Source: an uncultured delta proteobacterium
GTDB taxonomy: Bacteria; Desulfobacterota; RBG-13-43-22
DNA length: 64,000 bases
Direction of reading: 5' to 3'
Assembly (NCBI GenBank): GCA_963743305.1
Contig: CAVUPH010000016.1
Location: 1 to 64,000, forward strand
Shown here piece after piece: positions 28,710 to 39,989 of this stretch (position 1 is the stretch's first letter; the number at the start of each line of letters is the position of its first letter). The notes under the pieces were generated by a model. That model searched no databases, was not told the DNA's origin, and worked only from the letters and a program-made list of their open reading frames with translations. A program made the position numbers and the translations under genes.

Positions 28710-30587
28710 TTATTCATTCATCAGCGGCGGCTCTTCTTCCGGTTGGGCCAGGCCGCAAACCGTGGGGTCTTCCGAACAGATAATTTTGCAGGCACCGTAG
28801 CCTCGCTCACCCGGGGGGATTTCCCAGACCTTGGAGTTCGGCTCGTATTTTAAGGTGGGCAGGGGGGCGCCTTTTTCCCAGGTGGCCAAGGTTCGCTTGA
28901 GCCAATCCTTATCGTTGCGTTCCGGATAATCCTCCCGGGCGTGGCAGCCCCGGCTCTCGGTGCGCACCAGGGCCCCGTAAGCCACGCATAACGCCAGACG
29001 GACCATTCCCGGGAAGCGGATAGCCAGGGCCAACTCGGGATTGGCCCCGAGGCCGTTGGATTTTAGCCCGACTCGTCGGGCCCGTTCGTAGATCGCCTGC
29101 AACCCTGCCACCGCCTGGCGCAAGTCCCTTTCATTGCGGAAGATGGCCACACGGTCCATCAGGGTGTCCTGCATTTCATTGCGCAAGGCGTACACGTTTT
29201 CCCGGCCGTCGCTTCCGCGGATAAGGCGCTGAATCCGCTCTTCATCTTTTTGAACGGCATCCTGAACCAGGGCCGTTTTAAAATTCACCTGATAGCCTTC
29301 CAAAAAATCGGCTACTTTTTGACCGATGATCCGACCGGCCACGATGGTTTCCGCCAAGGAATTTCCTCCCAGCCGATTAAAACCATGCATATCCCAGCAG
29401 GCAGCTTCCCCGGCGGAAAAAAGGCCTTTCAACCCATAAGCCGCCCCATCTTTATTGGTCCGCACCCCGCCCATGCTGTAGTGCTGGGCGGGTCGGACCG
29501 GTATCATCTGGGTAATGGGATCGATTCCCAAAAACTTATTGCAGATTTCTTCGACTTCCCGGAGCTTGGTCTTGATATGCTGGGACCCCAGGTGGCGGAT
29601 ATCCAGCCAGAGATGGTCGCCGTAAGGGCCCTTGACGCCCTTTCCTTCACGGATATGGTGAGTCATCCAGCGGGAGACCACATCCCGTGAGGCCAGTTCC
29701 TGCTTGCCGGGCTCGTAAATGTTCATGAATCGTTCTTCGTTCACATCCTTCAAGGTTCCGCCGTCCCCCCGGCAGCCTTCGGTTACCAGAATATTGGTGG
29801 GTACGATTCCGGTGGGATGGAACTGCACGGCTTCCATGTTTCCCAGAGGGACGATTCCCGTATCCAGGGCGAGAATGGCCCCACTGCCGTCGTTGATCAC
29901 GGCATTGGTCGTTTCCCGATAAAGCCGGCCGTAACCTCCGGTAGCGATCAGCGTGGCTTTGGCTAGATAGGCGCGCAGTTGGCCGGTTTTCAAGCAGCGG
30001 GCGATGACCCCCTGGCAGGTGACCCCGTCGTGGATCAACGAGATGGCTTCCACCCGATCGTGGACGGTCACGCCCAACTGGACGACCACATTGTCCATGG
30101 TGAACAGCAGGGTATGTCCGGTACCGTCGGAGGTGTAGCAGGTCCGCCACTTGGCGGTACCCCCGAAATCTCGGGCGGTGATCAGGCCCTCTCTCTCCCG
30201 GGGCTCGATTTTTTCGTATTGCTTGCCGGCCTTGTAATAGGTGCTCTTTCCCGGGACCACCCGGTTCCAGGGGATGCCCCAATGGGCCATTTCGCGGACG
30301 GCGAGCGGGGCGGTTTCGGCAAACAGGCGGGCCACCTCCTGATCGCAGCCCCAATCCGAACCCTTGACCGTGTCGGAAAAGTGAACATCCGGGCAATCCC
30401 CGTCTCCCATGCAGCAGTTGCCTAAAGAAGCCTGCATTCCGCCCTGGGCCGCGGCGGAATGGGAACGCCGCGGGGGAACCACGCTGAGGCAGACGGTTTT
30501 AAAACCGCGGGAAGCGGCCTCCACGGCTACCCGTTCGCCGGCCAGGCCGGCTCCTATGGACAGCAGATCGGTATAAAAGGTTTCCAT
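28710..30587 (-). CDS. frdA: Fumarate reductase flavoprotein subunit
   Basis: GAGLAG, RSHSAAAQGG (covalent FAD His), QFHPTG, TEGCRGDGG, HYSMGG and HGFNRLGGNSL. Confidence 0.95.
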   Translation of the reverse strand: METFYTDLLSIGAGLAGERVAVEAASRGFKTVCLSVVPPRRSHSAAAQGGMQASLGNCCMGDGDCPDVHFSDTVKGSDWGCDQEVARLFAETAPLAVREMAHWGIPWNRVVPGKSTYYKAGKQYEKIEPREREGLITARDFGGTAKWRTCYTSDGTGHTLLFTMDNVVVQLGVTVHDRVEAISLIHDGVTCQGVIARCLKTGQLRAYLAKATLIATGGYGRLYRETTNAVINDGSGAILALDTGIVPLGNMEAVQFHPTGIVPTNILVTEGCRGDGGTLKDVNEERFMNIYEPGKQELASRDVVSRWMTHHIREGKGVKGPYGDHLWLDIRHLGSQHIKTKLREVEEICNKFLGIDPITQMIPVRPAQHYSMGGVRTNKDGAAYGLKGLFSAGEAACWDMHGFNRLGGNSLAETIVAGRIIGQKVADFLEGYQVNFKTALVQDAVQKDEERIQRLIRGSDGRENVYALRNEMQDTLMDRVAIFRNERDLRQAVAGLQAIYERARRVGLKSNGLGANPELALAIRFPGMVRLALCVAYGALVRTESRGCHAREDYPERNDKDWLKRTLATWEKGAPLPTLKYEPNSKVWEIPPGERGYGACKIICSEDPTVCGLAQPEEEPPLMNE

Positions 30588-30601
30588 CGCTAGGGCCTCA
30601 A

Positions 30602-31252
30602 TTAGAATTGAATGACATAAAAAGTATACAGGGTGATCGCTCCGATCAGGATAAAGACCAGGGTCAAGAGATTTTCAACGCGTTTAAAAAAGTGGCGTCG
30701 TGCCCGCGTGATGACGCCCCATTTAACGCCGATCCGGTAGAAACCGATGCCCACGTGGAGTTCGACCAGTGGCAGCAGAACCAGGTAAAAGGCCAGCCAG
30801 TAGCCGCCCTGGATCCGGGCCGCGCTTTTGGCCGCGGTGATCGGCAGATTGGTCAAAACGGTCCACATATGGATGCCGCCCATGATCAGGATAATCATGG
30901 CGGTCACCGCCTGAACCACCCACAGCCAGGTATCCAGGTGGTGTAACCGTTTGCTGTGAATCCAGATTGCCCGTTGTTCCTGGCTGCGAAAGGGGACCTT
31001 GCGGGCCGCCAGGATAAAGTGGCCTAAAAAGAGCAGTCCGATCAAGGGACCACCGGTCTGGGCCAGGTAGGTGTGCTCCAAAAAACCGGCAATGGTATTC
31101 ATCACTCCGGGCCCCAGGTTGATACTGGCCACCAGGATCATGTGGGACCACATAAATAAAATCAAACCTGCCCCGGTGAGCATCTGGATGAAATCCAGGT
31201 AGGCTGCCGTCCGGAAATTTCCTTGGAATTGCACCTGCGTTTGTACCGCCAT
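30602..31252 (-). CDS. frdC: Fumarate reductase cytochrome b subunit (Wolinella/Desulfovibrio type)
   Basis: Five TM segments with four His (WSHM, GHF, GIHM, ELHVGIG.YR..VKWG); first gene of the frdCAB operon. Confidence 0.9.
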   Translation of the reverse strand: MAVQTQVQFQGNFRTAAYLDFIQMLTGAGLILFMWSHMILVASINLGPGVMNTIAGFLEHTYLAQTGGPLIGLLFLGHFILAARKVPFRSQEQRAIWIHSKRLHHLDTWLWVVQAVTAMIILIMGGIHMWTVLTNLPITAAKSAARIQGGYWLAFYLVLLPLVELHVGIGFYRIGVKWGVITRARRHFFKRVENLLTLVFILIGAITLYTFYVIQF

Positions 31253-31332
31253 CAGGCCTCCCTTACTATTTCTCCCTGGGATAGTTTTTCTTTACCCGGT
31301 TTAGATTTTGTTTCCAGCTCGTATTTCGAGTT

Positions 31333-31773
31333 TTAGACCTTATAGGGGTTGATCACCATAACCGGCACCGGGGCATTTTTGACCACATTTTCGGCCACGC
31401 TCCCGAAAAAAGTCCGATCCAGGCCTTTTCGTCCATGGGTCCCCATAACGATCAAATCAATTTTTTCGGTTTCGGCATAGTGGATTATCTCCGTAGCGGC
31501 ATCTCCGCTGAGCACTCGGGTGGTGCAGGCGTTAAAATTTTCATCGGCGACCCGGGATATCATTTTTTGCGCGTTTTCCAGAACTTCGTTTTCCAATTGG
31601 TCGAGGGAGGGATGGGGCACATGAAAGCTGGTCAAGTATTTGAAATCACGGACAACATAAAGTAGGTGCACCTGCCCTTGAAAGGCCTGGGCCATGGCAA
31701 CCACATAGGGAATTATTTTTTTGGTAGACTCAGAGAAATCCAGGGGGAATAAGATATTTTTAAAGGTTTTCAT
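31333..31773 (-). CDS. Universal stress protein
   Basis: ILFPLDFS and IDLIVMGTHGRKGL...GSVAENVV..APVPV. Confidence 0.93.
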   Translation of the reverse strand: MKTFKNILFPLDFSESTKKIIPYVVAMAQAFQGQVHLLYVVRDFKYLTSFHVPHPSLDQLENEVLENAQKMISRVADENFNACTTRVLSGDAATEIIHYAETEKIDLIVMGTHGRKGLDRTFFGSVAENVVKNAPVPVMVINPYKV

Positions 31774-31941
31774 ATTTTCCTCCGGTTAGTCAAAAAGTCC
31801 GGTTATTTTATATCAGTGAGGCCCAAAGTTGTCAAGGGAAAGGAAGGCATCTCTTTCGTTGACATCCTCTTGAATTTCTTGCTAATCTTATTGATGAAGC
31901 AAATCTATCGGAATGGGGTGGCAGCCCTTCTTTAAAATGGC

Positions 31942-32589
31942 GTGAAAGCGGACGACCGAGTCCGATGGGGCAGAAGGTCCGGTATCGGATCGGGATCCTT
32001 TGAAGGTGAACTGGTGGAACTGAAATTTTTGCAGTTGCTTTATCTCTTTCAGCAATACGGCTACCTGATTATTTTTGTCGGCACCTTTTTTGAGGGGGAG
32101 ACCACTTTGGTCCTGGGGGGATTGTTGGCCAACCAGGACTATTTAAATTTCTGGCTGGTGGTTGGGACGGCCGTTTCGGCTTCCTATATCGGCCACGTCG
32201 TTTTTTATTTCTTCGGCAAGACCTCTTCCGTCTGGATTCTGGGAAGGTTTCCCGCCTTAAGAATCAAGATCGAACAGGCCGAATATTTTATTCGGCGCTA
32301 TGAAACCCTGAGTCTGTTTATCACCCAGTATGTGTTCGGTATCCGTCTGGCCAGCGCCCTCAGTTTTGGAATTTTGGATATGAAGATTTCCAAATTCCTT
32401 TCCCTCCAGCTCATCAGTTGCCTGGTCTGGGCGATACTCTTCGCCGCCTTGGGGTATTGGGTGGGCTCATCCTTGGATAGCCTGATCAGAAATATTGAGA
32501 GGGCTCTGCTGGTTATTCTCTTCCTGGGAATCGCTTTCGCCTTTGCCGGCCGCAAGGTTTTCGAATATTGGTTTCGTCGGCGCCATTAG
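31942..32589 (+). CDS. DedA family membrane protein (true start probably ~32010)
   Basis: YGYLIIFVGTFFEGET, FGIRLA and S.LVWA..F..LGY motifs. Confidence 0.85.
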   Translation: MKADDRVRWGRRSGIGSGSFEGELVELKFLQLLYLFQQYGYLIIFVGTFFEGETTLVLGGLLANQDYLNFWLVVGTAVSASYIGHVVFYFFGKTSSVWILGRFPALRIKIEQAEYFIRRYETLSLFITQYVFGIRLASALSFGILDMKISKFLSLQLISCLVWAILFAALGYWVGSSLDSLIRNIERALLVILFLGIAFAFAGRKVFEYWFRRRH

Positions 32590-32646
32590 AGTGTGATATA
32601 ATAATAAATTAAGTTTGATTTTCTCCAAAAGGAAAGGCTAGCCGAT

Positions 32647-34506
32647 ATGGCGATAGAAAAAAAGACCCATTTTTCCATCTGGTATTTCGTCGGGGCCATG
32701 CTCATCTTAATGGCTTTCCAGTCTTATTTTCTGAGTGACCAGGTGGGCCAGTTGCCTTACAACGAGTTCAAAAAACTGCTTAAAGCGAATCAGTTGAGCG
32801 ATATCGTCATTAATGATGAGATCATCTCCGGAAAGGTAAAAACCGGAGGGCTGGAAGGGATCGTTTCACCCGAGACCGCCAAGATGTTGGGGAAGGAAAA
32901 AGGCGAGCGGGCCTTCATTACCGCCAGGGTTCAGGACCCCGATCTAATAAAAGATCTGGAAAAGGAGGGGGTAAAATTCACCGGGCGGATTGAGAACAAA
33001 ATCGTAAAATTTTTTACCAACTGGATTCTGCCCATGCTCTTTTTCATCCTGGTCTGGGGCTTCCTGATGAAGCGGATGGGGGGAGCCAGCGGCGGCTTGA
33101 TGTCTATCGGGAAGAGCAAAGCCAAGATCTATATGGAAAAAGACATCCATATCCGCTTTGAAGACGTCGCCGGGATCGATGAAGCCAAGGAAGAACTGCA
33201 AGAAGTCATCGAATTTTTGAAAAACCCCCAGAAATTTCAGCGATTGGGCGGAAAGATTCCTAAGGGGGTCCTTTTAGTGGGGGCGCCGGGAACCGGCAAG
33301 ACCCTGTTGGCCAAGGCGGTGGCCGGCGAGGCCAACGTCCCTTTTTTCAGCCTGAGCGGTTCCGATTTTGTCGAGATGTTTGTGGGGGTGGGAGCGGCCC
33401 GGGTCAGGGACCTATTTACTCAAGCCCAGAACAAGGCCCCCTGCATCATCTTTATCGATGAACTGGATGCGCTGGGCAAGGCCCGGGGGATCAACCCCAT
33501 GGGCGGCCATGATGAACGGGAGCAAACCCTGAATCAATTGTTAGTGGAAATGGACGGTTTCACGACCGATAAGGGCGTGATCATCATGGCCGCCACCAAC
33601 CGGCCGGAAATCCTCGATCCCGCCCTGTTGCGGCCCGGACGTTTCGACCGTCATGTGATGATCGACAAGCCGGACGTCAACGGCCGGGAGGCCATCCTCA
33701 AGGTGCACAGCAAGGGGGTGACCCTGGGGCCGAATGTGGACCTGCAAAAGATTGCCGCCCGAACTCCGGGTTTTGTGGGAGCCGATCTGGCCAATATCGT
33801 CAATGAGGCCGCCTTGCTGGCCGCCCGTAAGGACAAGAGCCAGGTGGAGATGGGGGACTTCGACGAGGCCATCGACCGGGTAGTGGCCGGCCTGGAAAAG
33901 AAAAATCGCCGGATGAACGAAAAAGAAAAAGAGATTGTGGCCTATCATGAATCCGGGCATGCCATCGTAGCCGAAGTCCTGCCCAACGCCGATCCGGTCC
34001 ATAAGGTTTCCATCATTCCCCGGGGGGTGGCGGCCCTGGGCTACACCCAACAACTGCCGATCGAAGACCGTTACCTGATGACCAAGAAAGAATTGCTGGA
34101 CAAGATAAGCGTTTTGTTCGGAGGTCGTTTAGCCGAAGAAATCATCTTTCAGGAGGTCTCCACCGGGGCGCAGAATGACCTGATCCGGGCCACCGACATC
34201 GCGGAACGCATGGTTCGGGAATTCGGGATGAGCGATCTCGGGCTGGTGACCTTCGAAAAAGAACGGCGCCCCCTTTTCCTGGAAACCGGGCTGGGGTATG
34301 ATACCGGCCGGCAGGTGAGCGAAGAAACCGCCCGCGGTATTGACGGAGAGGTGAAAAAGATTATTGAGTTTTCCAGAAGCCAGACCCGGAAGATCCTGGA
34401 AGATCATCAGGCCCAGTTGAGGATCCTGGCCCAACGTTTATTAGAAAAAGAAGTGGTGGAAGGCGAAGAACTTCGTGAAATCCTCAAGGGTGAGGCAGTT
34501 GAATAA
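32647..34506 (+). CDS. ftsH: ATP-dependent zinc metalloprotease FtsH
   Basis: Two TM segments, [39 protein letters not shown]. Confidence 0.96.
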   Translation: MAIEKKTHFSIWYFVGAMLILMAFQSYFLSDQVGQLPYNEFKKLLKANQLSDIVINDEIISGKVKTGGLEGIVSPETAKMLGKEKGERAFITARVQDPDLIKDLEKEGVKFTGRIENKIVKFFTNWILPMLFFILVWGFLMKRMGGASGGLMSIGKSKAKIYMEKDIHIRFEDVAGIDEAKEELQEVIEFLKNPQKFQRLGGKIPKGVLLVGAPGTGKTLLAKAVAGEANVPFFSLSGSDFVEMFVGVGAARVRDLFTQAQNKAPCIIFIDELDALGKARGINPMGGHDEREQTLNQLLVEMDGFTTDKGVIIMAATNRPEILDPALLRPGRFDRHVMIDKPDVNGREAILKVHSKGVTLGPNVDLQKIAARTPGFVGADLANIVNEAALLAARKDKSQVEMGDFDEAIDRVVAGLEKKNRRMNEKEKEIVAYHESGHAIVAEVLPNADPVHKVSIIPRGVAALGYTQQLPIEDRYLMTKKELLDKISVLFGGRLAEEIIFQEVSTGAQNDLIRATDIAERMVREFGMSDLGLVTFEKERRPLFLETGLGYDTGRQVSEETARGIDGEVKKIIEFSRSQTRKILEDHQAQLRILAQRLLEKEVVEGEELREILKGEAVE

Positions 34507-34564
34507 TTATCCGCTTCCAGAGGGGTCGGCTTTGGTCTGATTCTGGACTGCGCTGAAGGACGGC

Positions 34565-35626
34565 ATGATGATTTTTAGCCAGGAAAATCGCCTGTATTCC
34601 CTTTGGACCCGGTATAAATTTGTGCCGCTTCCTTGGAAGATCCTGCCGATTGTAGTTCTGCTGGCGGCGATTATGTCTTTGGATCATCACTGGATCCCCT
34701 CCGGTTCCATTCCCCTGGAGGTTATACACCGGCTCTATTATCTGCCGATCGTCCTCAGCGGCCTGCTTTTTGGGCTGTGGGGAGGCTTTTTCTCCGCCAC
34801 TCTCGTCAGCCTGTTATTTGTCCTTCATTGGCTGGGCGTACCTGATCTTTCCGCAAATCACTCCGGGTCCTGGGAGGAGATCGTCCTGTTTTACGCTTTT
34901 GGCCTGCTCATCGGGTTGCTGGTGGACCGGGAACGGATTGAGAGTCAGCGCCGTCAGGATCAGGAACATTTAGCCGTCCTGGGAGAAGCCGCCGCCACCG
35001 TGGCCCACGAATTAAAAAACCCGGTCATCACTATTGGAGCCAACATCCTGCGGATGCAGAAAAGGGCCGAGCCCGGCGACCCGACCTACGACCGTCTTGG
35101 CCTTATCTACCAGGAATGCCAGCGTGTTGAAATGCTGCTCAAGGATATGGTAAATTTTGCCCGGCCCATCGATTTAAGTTTTGGCCCTACGGATGTGAAT
35201 GACCTGGTTCGGAAGGTAATAGAAATGGTGATCCCCCAAGCCGAAAAAAAACGGGTTGAACTCAGCACCAACCTGGATGGGAACCTGCCGCTGGTCCTGA
35301 CGGATCAGACCCGGATGACCCAGGTATTCTATAATTTGATCATGAATGCCGTCCAGGCCTCTTCGCCGGAAGACCGTATCCTGATTCGAACGGAAAAGAA
35401 AAAGAACCAGATTAGTATTGAATTCGCGGACACCGGTTGCGGTATTCCCCCGGAATTGCAATCAAAGATTTTTGACCCCTTTTTTTCCACAAAAAAGGAC
35501 GGATCGGGCATGGGACTGGCTATTTCCAAAAGAATCGTGGACCTGCACCAGGGGAAGCTGTTTTGTCAAACCAATTCGCCCCAGGGGGCCATCTTTACTA
35601 TTTTCCTGCCTATCAAGAAAATTTAA
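34565..35626 (+). CDS. Membrane-bound sensor histidine kinase
   Basis: N-terminal TMs (HRLYYLPI), AHELKNP, NLIMNA, DTGCGI, FFSTKKDGSGMGL. Confidence 0.9.
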   Translation: MMIFSQENRLYSLWTRYKFVPLPWKILPIVVLLAAIMSLDHHWIPSGSIPLEVIHRLYYLPIVLSGLLFGLWGGFFSATLVSLLFVLHWLGVPDLSANHSGSWEEIVLFYAFGLLIGLLVDRERIESQRRQDQEHLAVLGEAAATVAHELKNPVITIGANILRMQKRAEPGDPTYDRLGLIYQECQRVEMLLKDMVNFARPIDLSFGPTDVNDLVRKVIEMVIPQAEKKRVELSTNLDGNLPLVLTDQTRMTQVFYNLIMNAVQASSPEDRILIRTEKKKNQISIEFADTGCGIPPELQSKIFDPFFSTKKDGSGMGLAISKRIVDLHQGKLFCQTNSPQGAIFTIFLPIKKI

Positions 35627-35722
35627 TTTGCCGGCCTACTTAACTTTTATAGACCCCCTTGGTCTATAGGACCAGGATGGACCGGAATGACTTCGGACTC
35701 TGGTTATAGAAAAGGAAGATTG

Positions 35723-36934
35723 ATGAAACGGATTGCGGTAACCATAGGATTAGTGGTGGTCTTGGGCGGGGCTTCATTGGCAGGCTATCGTTTTTATAAA
35801 AACGAAAACCAGAACCTTCAATACAAAACCGAAAAAGTGCAGAAAGGCTCTCTTTCCTCTCAAGTGATTGCCACCGGGACCGTCAATCCCGTAACTCTGG
35901 TTCAGGTGGGCAGCCAAGTCTCCGGGGCCATTATCAAACTCTTCGCCGACTTTAACTCCGTAGTCCGACAAGGACAGGTGATCGCCCAGATTGACCCCGC
36001 CCTGTTTCAGGCCAAGGTCGATCAGACGGAAGCCGACTTGAAGAACGCTCGGGCCTCATTGGAGAAAGAAAAGACTTCCCTGCTGGACAATCTCCGGACC
36101 CTTAATCGCTACAAAACCCTTTTTCAGTCCAATCTCGTTGCCCAAACGGATCTGGATCAGGCCCAGACCAAGTACGACCTATCGACCGCATCCGTCAAGA
36201 CGGCCCAGGCTCAAATTGAAACCGCCCAGGCCAATCTTTCTTCGGCCCGGACTAATTTGAACTACACGACCATCCGCTCCCCGGTCAACGGTACGGTGGT
36301 GGCCCGAAATGTGGATGTGGGTCAGACCGTGGCCGCCAGCCTCCAGGCCCCCACGCTCTTCACGATTGCCCAGGACTTAAAGGAGATGCAGGTCGATACC
36401 AATGTGGATGAAGCGGATATCGGCCGGGTGAAAGTAGGTCAGACCGCCACGTTTACAGTGGATTCCTACCCGGGGGAACCTTTTACCGCCCAAGTCTCTC
36501 AGGTCCGAAATGCCCCGACCACGGTCCAGAATGTGGTCACCTATGATGTGGTCCTCCGGGTAAAGAATTCGGAATTAAAGCTAAAGCCGGGGATGACGGC
36601 GAATGTTTCCCTGATCATCGAAGAGAAGGAAGACGTCCTTAAAATTCCCAATTCCGCCCTGCGCTTCAAACCGCCCCGGAAAGAGGGGGGAGCCCCTCTC
36701 GACGCCAAAAAACAGAAAAAAGGATCCGTGGTCTGGGTCCTGAGCGCGGAGAACAAACCGGTCCCTGTTTCGATAAAACCGGGAATAACGGATGGGCAGT
36801 TTACCGAGGTGGTCGGAGGTAAATTAAAAGAGGGGGATGCGGTGATCACCGAGCTCCTTCAAAATAATAAAAATGCCGAGGCCAAAGGATCGCAAAGGCC
36901 GCCCTCGGGTCCCGGGAGAGGAATGCGTTTTTAA
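35723..36934 (+). CDS. MacA-like periplasmic adaptor subunit
   Basis: ATGTVNPV..VQVGSQVSG, IRSPVNG, GQTVAASLQAPTLF, LKPGMTA. Confidence 0.92.
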   Translation: MKRIAVTIGLVVVLGGASLAGYRFYKNENQNLQYKTEKVQKGSLSSQVIATGTVNPVTLVQVGSQVSGAIIKLFADFNSVVRQGQVIAQIDPALFQAKVDQTEADLKNARASLEKEKTSLLDNLRTLNRYKTLFQSNLVAQTDLDQAQTKYDLSTASVKTAQAQIETAQANLSSARTNLNYTTIRSPVNGTVVARNVDVGQTVAASLQAPTLFTIAQDLKEMQVDTNVDEADIGRVKVGQTATFTVDSYPGEPFTAQVSQVRNAPTTVQNVVTYDVVLRVKNSELKLKPGMTANVSLIIEEKEDVLKIPNSALRFKPPRKEGGAPLDAKKQKKGSVVWVLSAENKPVPVSIKPGITDGQFTEVVGGKLKEGDAVITELLQNNKNAEAKGSQRPPSGPGRGMRF

Positions 36935-36937
36935 GCT

Positions 36938-37705
36938 ATGCCGGAGAGTAAGAACGAAGTCAAAAGGCCGTTGATCGAAGTCCAGGACCTGGTCAAGATA
37001 TACAGCCTGGGGGATAATGAGATTAAGGCCTTGAACGGCGTCTCTCTTTCCATGGCCACCGGGGATTTTGTATCCATCATGGGTTCCTCCGGTTCGGGGA
37101 AATCCACGTTCATGAACGTGCTGGGTTGCCTCGATGTTCCGACCGCGGGATCTTATTTTCTGGATGGTATTGAAGTGGGTTCTCTTAAAAGGGATGAACT
37201 GGCCCATCTGCGCAATCAGAAAATCGGGTTCGTCTTCCAGGGCTTCAATCTCCTGTCTCGAACCTCGGCCATAGAAAACGTGGAACTGCCTCTCATCTAC
37301 GGCACTTTTCCTGCTCGGGAACGCCGCCAGAGAGCCCAGGAGGCCCTGGCGGCCGTGGGTTTGTCCGGGCGGGAGAACCACCACTCCAATCAGCTCTCCG
37401 GAGGCCAGCAGCAGCGCGTGGCCATTGCCCGGGCCTTGGTCAATAAGCCTTCCATTATCCTGGCCGACGAACCCACCGGAAACCTGGACACCAGAACCAG
37501 CCAGGAAATAATGCAACTCCTGACTCAATTGAATGAGGAACAGAACATGACGATCATTCTGGTGACCCACGAACCGGATATTTCCAACTTTACCCGGCGG
37601 ATCATCCATTTCAAGGACGGGATCGTGGTCAGCGATCGTCCTTTTCAACCCCTCCCCGGGGGCCGGACCGACTCTCCTCCCCCAGTCGAGAACCTAAACC
37701 CATGA
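36938..37705 (+). CDS. MacB/LolD-type ABC ATP-binding protein
   Basis: [38 protein letters not shown]. Confidence 0.93.
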   Translation: MPESKNEVKRPLIEVQDLVKIYSLGDNEIKALNGVSLSMATGDFVSIMGSSGSGKSTFMNVLGCLDVPTAGSYFLDGIEVGSLKRDELAHLRNQKIGFVFQGFNLLSRTSAIENVELPLIYGTFPARERRQRAQEALAAVGLSGRENHHSNQLSGGQQQRVAIARALVNKPSIILADEPTGNLDTRTSQEIMQLLTQLNEEQNMTIILVTHEPDISNFTRRIIHFKDGIVVSDRPFQPLPGGRTDSPPPVENLNP

Positions 37706-38927
37706 GACCTATTTCCAGCTTGAAGGTGGCCCTGAGGGCCTTACGCATCAATAAGATGCGTTCCTTTTTGACCATGCTCGGGATCATCATCGGGGTAGGG
37801 GCGGTGATCGTCATGGTGGCCATCGGCGCCGGGGCCAGTGAAATGATCGCCCAGCAGATTGCCAGTATGGGGTCCAATCTCTTAATAGTCCTTCCGGGAG
37901 CCACTACCTCCGGCGGGGCTCGGATGGGGGGGGAAGCGTCTCCACGTTGACTTCCGACGATGCCAAGGCCATTAAAGATGAATGCTCGGCCATCAAAAAC
38001 GTGGCCCCCGTCTGGGGCGGGGTTACCCAGGTGGTCTATGGAAATCAGAATTGGAATACCAGCGTTACCGGCACCACCCCCCCCTTCTTCGACATCCGGG
38101 AATGGCCGATAGCCACGGGCCGCATTTTTAACGAACAGGAGATCAGCGGGGCGGTCAAAGTGGCGGTTATCGGGCAGACGATCGTGGAAAATCTTTTTGG
38201 CGCTGAAAGTCCCTTGGGCCAGATTATCCGGATCAAAAAGGTGCCGTTTACGATCATCGGGGTCCTGTCCAGGAAAGGGCAATCCCCGCAGGGTCAAGAC
38301 CAGGACGACGCCGTCTATATCCCCCTGTCCACCTCCCAGAAAAAGGTCTTTGGAAGCAGTCTGCCCAAGACCGTTCGGATCATCCTGGTCCAGGCCGTGG
38401 ATCTGAGTCAAATGGCCGAGGCGGAAAAACAGGTCAATGAATTGTTGAACCAGCGGCACCGGACCCAACCCAATCAACTGCCGGATTTTACGGTCCGGAA
38501 TTTAACTGAAATCATGGCCACGGCCGAACAGTCGGCCAAGGTCATGTCCCTGCTCCTGGGCTCTATTGCCCTGGTCTCCCTTTTCGTGGGCGGCATCGGG
38601 ATTATGAACATCATGCTGGTTTCGGTAACGGAACGGACCCGGGAAATCGGGATCCGGATGGCGGTCGGCGCGCGGGGACGGGATATCCTTTTTCAATTTC
38701 TGACCGAGTCGATCCTCCTGAGCATGGTGGGGGGATTGATCGGAATTATTATCGGCGTTATCGGAGCCAAGGTGATGTCCTCCTTCACCGGATGGAATGT
38801 CCTTATTTCCTATTGGGCGTTATTGATTTCCTTTTCTTTCGCGGCGGCCGTGGGCATATTTTTCGGATTTTATCCGGCCCGCAAGGCATCGCGTCTGAAC
38901 CCGATCGACGCGTTGCGGTATGAGTAA
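37702..38927 (+). CDS. MacB-type ABC permease, frameshifted at a G8 run (37926-37933)
   Basis: NKMRSFLTMLGIIIGV in one frame; GGIGIMNIMLVSVTERTREIGIRMAVGA and PIDALRYE in the next. Confidence 0.88.
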
Positions 38928-38973
38928 AGGCGCAGGGCGCAGAGCGGCAAGCGCAGAGCGTGAAGCGTTGAGC
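38928..38973. repeat. Heptamer-periodic tandem repeat
   Basis: GGCGCAG GGCGCAG AGCGGCA AGCGCAG AGCGTGA AGCGTTG directly after the permease stop; abuts MITE A copy 3. Confidence 0.65.
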
Positions 38974-38976
38974 TTA

Positions 38977-39130
38977 GGATCTGTAAACAAATAACTTTGA
39001 CAAAGCGGCCCTGCAACCGTTCGCCCTGAGCTGCGAGCCTGTCGAGCAGTCGAAGGGTGAACGATACAGCCATGCTTCGACGGGCTCAGCATGAACGGAG
39101 ATATTAGCGGTATTGTACAGTTTATTTTTG
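38977..39130. mobile_element. MITE family A, copy 3 (right end degenerate)
   Basis: TTA|GGATCTGTAAACAAATAA...; collinear with copy 1. Confidence 0.8.
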
Positions 39131-39187
39131 CTTCTGATTAGGGGTTTTCTTTTTCAGCCAAAGACTTCAATAATTTTTGGCCAGTTT

Positions 39188-39480
39188 TTAAACCAGGGCC
39201 ATCAGGAATCGGGAGGCGGGGATGACCCGAACCCCCGTACGGCGGTCCTCATAGTCTTCTTTCTCCTCCAGCGTCACCAGGAAGCACTGCTGTACTTTCA
39301 ATTTCTGCTTGTAATAATTCAGGGAAGTAAAATTCCTGTCGTTCTAGATTTTGCATTCCACCAGCAGCCAGGGCCGATCTTCCCATAGAATCAGGAAATC
39401 CACTTCCCGCTTCTCGAGATCCCGCAGGTAATAAAGCTCCACCCGGAAGCCCTGAATATCTTCACAGGTATGGCACCATT
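39188..39480 (-). pseudogene. C-terminal remnant of a second AAA+/DUF4143 ATP-binding protein
   Basis: Own translation WCHTCEDIQGFRVELYYLRDLEKREVDFLILWEDRPWLLVECK*...VIPASRFLMALV*, with an internal stop. Confidence 0.7.
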
Positions 39481-39690
39481 TCCGGTGGTTTATAAACACC
39501 ATTTTTTCAGCCGAAAGGTGGTCAGATCGGCTGGCATCAAAGCGCTGGCACGTTGCCGGATGATCTGCGAACTGGCGGGATGGGATCGCGCGACCTTAGT
39601 TTCCTGCAGGCATAAGGATGGAGTCAATTGGGGCAGTGCGGTTGCGCCATTGGCGATGAACTAGTTACATGGTTATCTCAGGAAAGGTGA

Positions 39691-39858
39691 TTATTGATTC
39701 CTTTCCCTCGCATACTCCGATATATACGCCATGCCCACTAAAAAGACCGCTATCAGGACCGTGAAGAGCGAGAGACGATGAAAAAAGAACCGGCTCATGA
39801 GGACCGCCAGGCCGGCGCCGACCACCGCCCGAATGAGAAATTTCATCAAACCGGACAT
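39691..39858 (-). CDS. Small 55-aa two-TM protein (not in the ORF track)
   Basis: Own translation MSGLMKFLIRAVVGAGLAVLMSRFFFHRLSLFTVLIAVFLVGMAYISEYARERNQ; GAAGGA upstream. Confidence 0.65.
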   Translation of the reverse strand: MSGLMKFLIRAVVGAGLAVLMSRFFFHRLSLFTVLIAVFLVGMAYISEYARERNQ

Positions 39859-39908
39859 GATCCATTCCTTCCCATTAATACGAAAATAGAGGTTGATGGT
39901 TATTCCCG

Positions 39909-39975
39909 CCCCCTCAAAATCCCCCCTTTGGAAAAGGGGGGGTGTGGGGGATTTTCATGCTTCGGGGTGCCCGCC
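39909..39975. repeat. G/C-run REP-like hairpin plus ATTTTCATGCTTCG motif
   Basis: ATCCCCCCTTTGGAAAAGGGGGG; related hairpins at ~43801-43830 and ~60633-60667; the CGAAGCATGAAAAT motif recurs at ~59244-59257. Confidence 0.5.
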
Positions 39976-39989
39976 CCGGGTCTGGAGGG

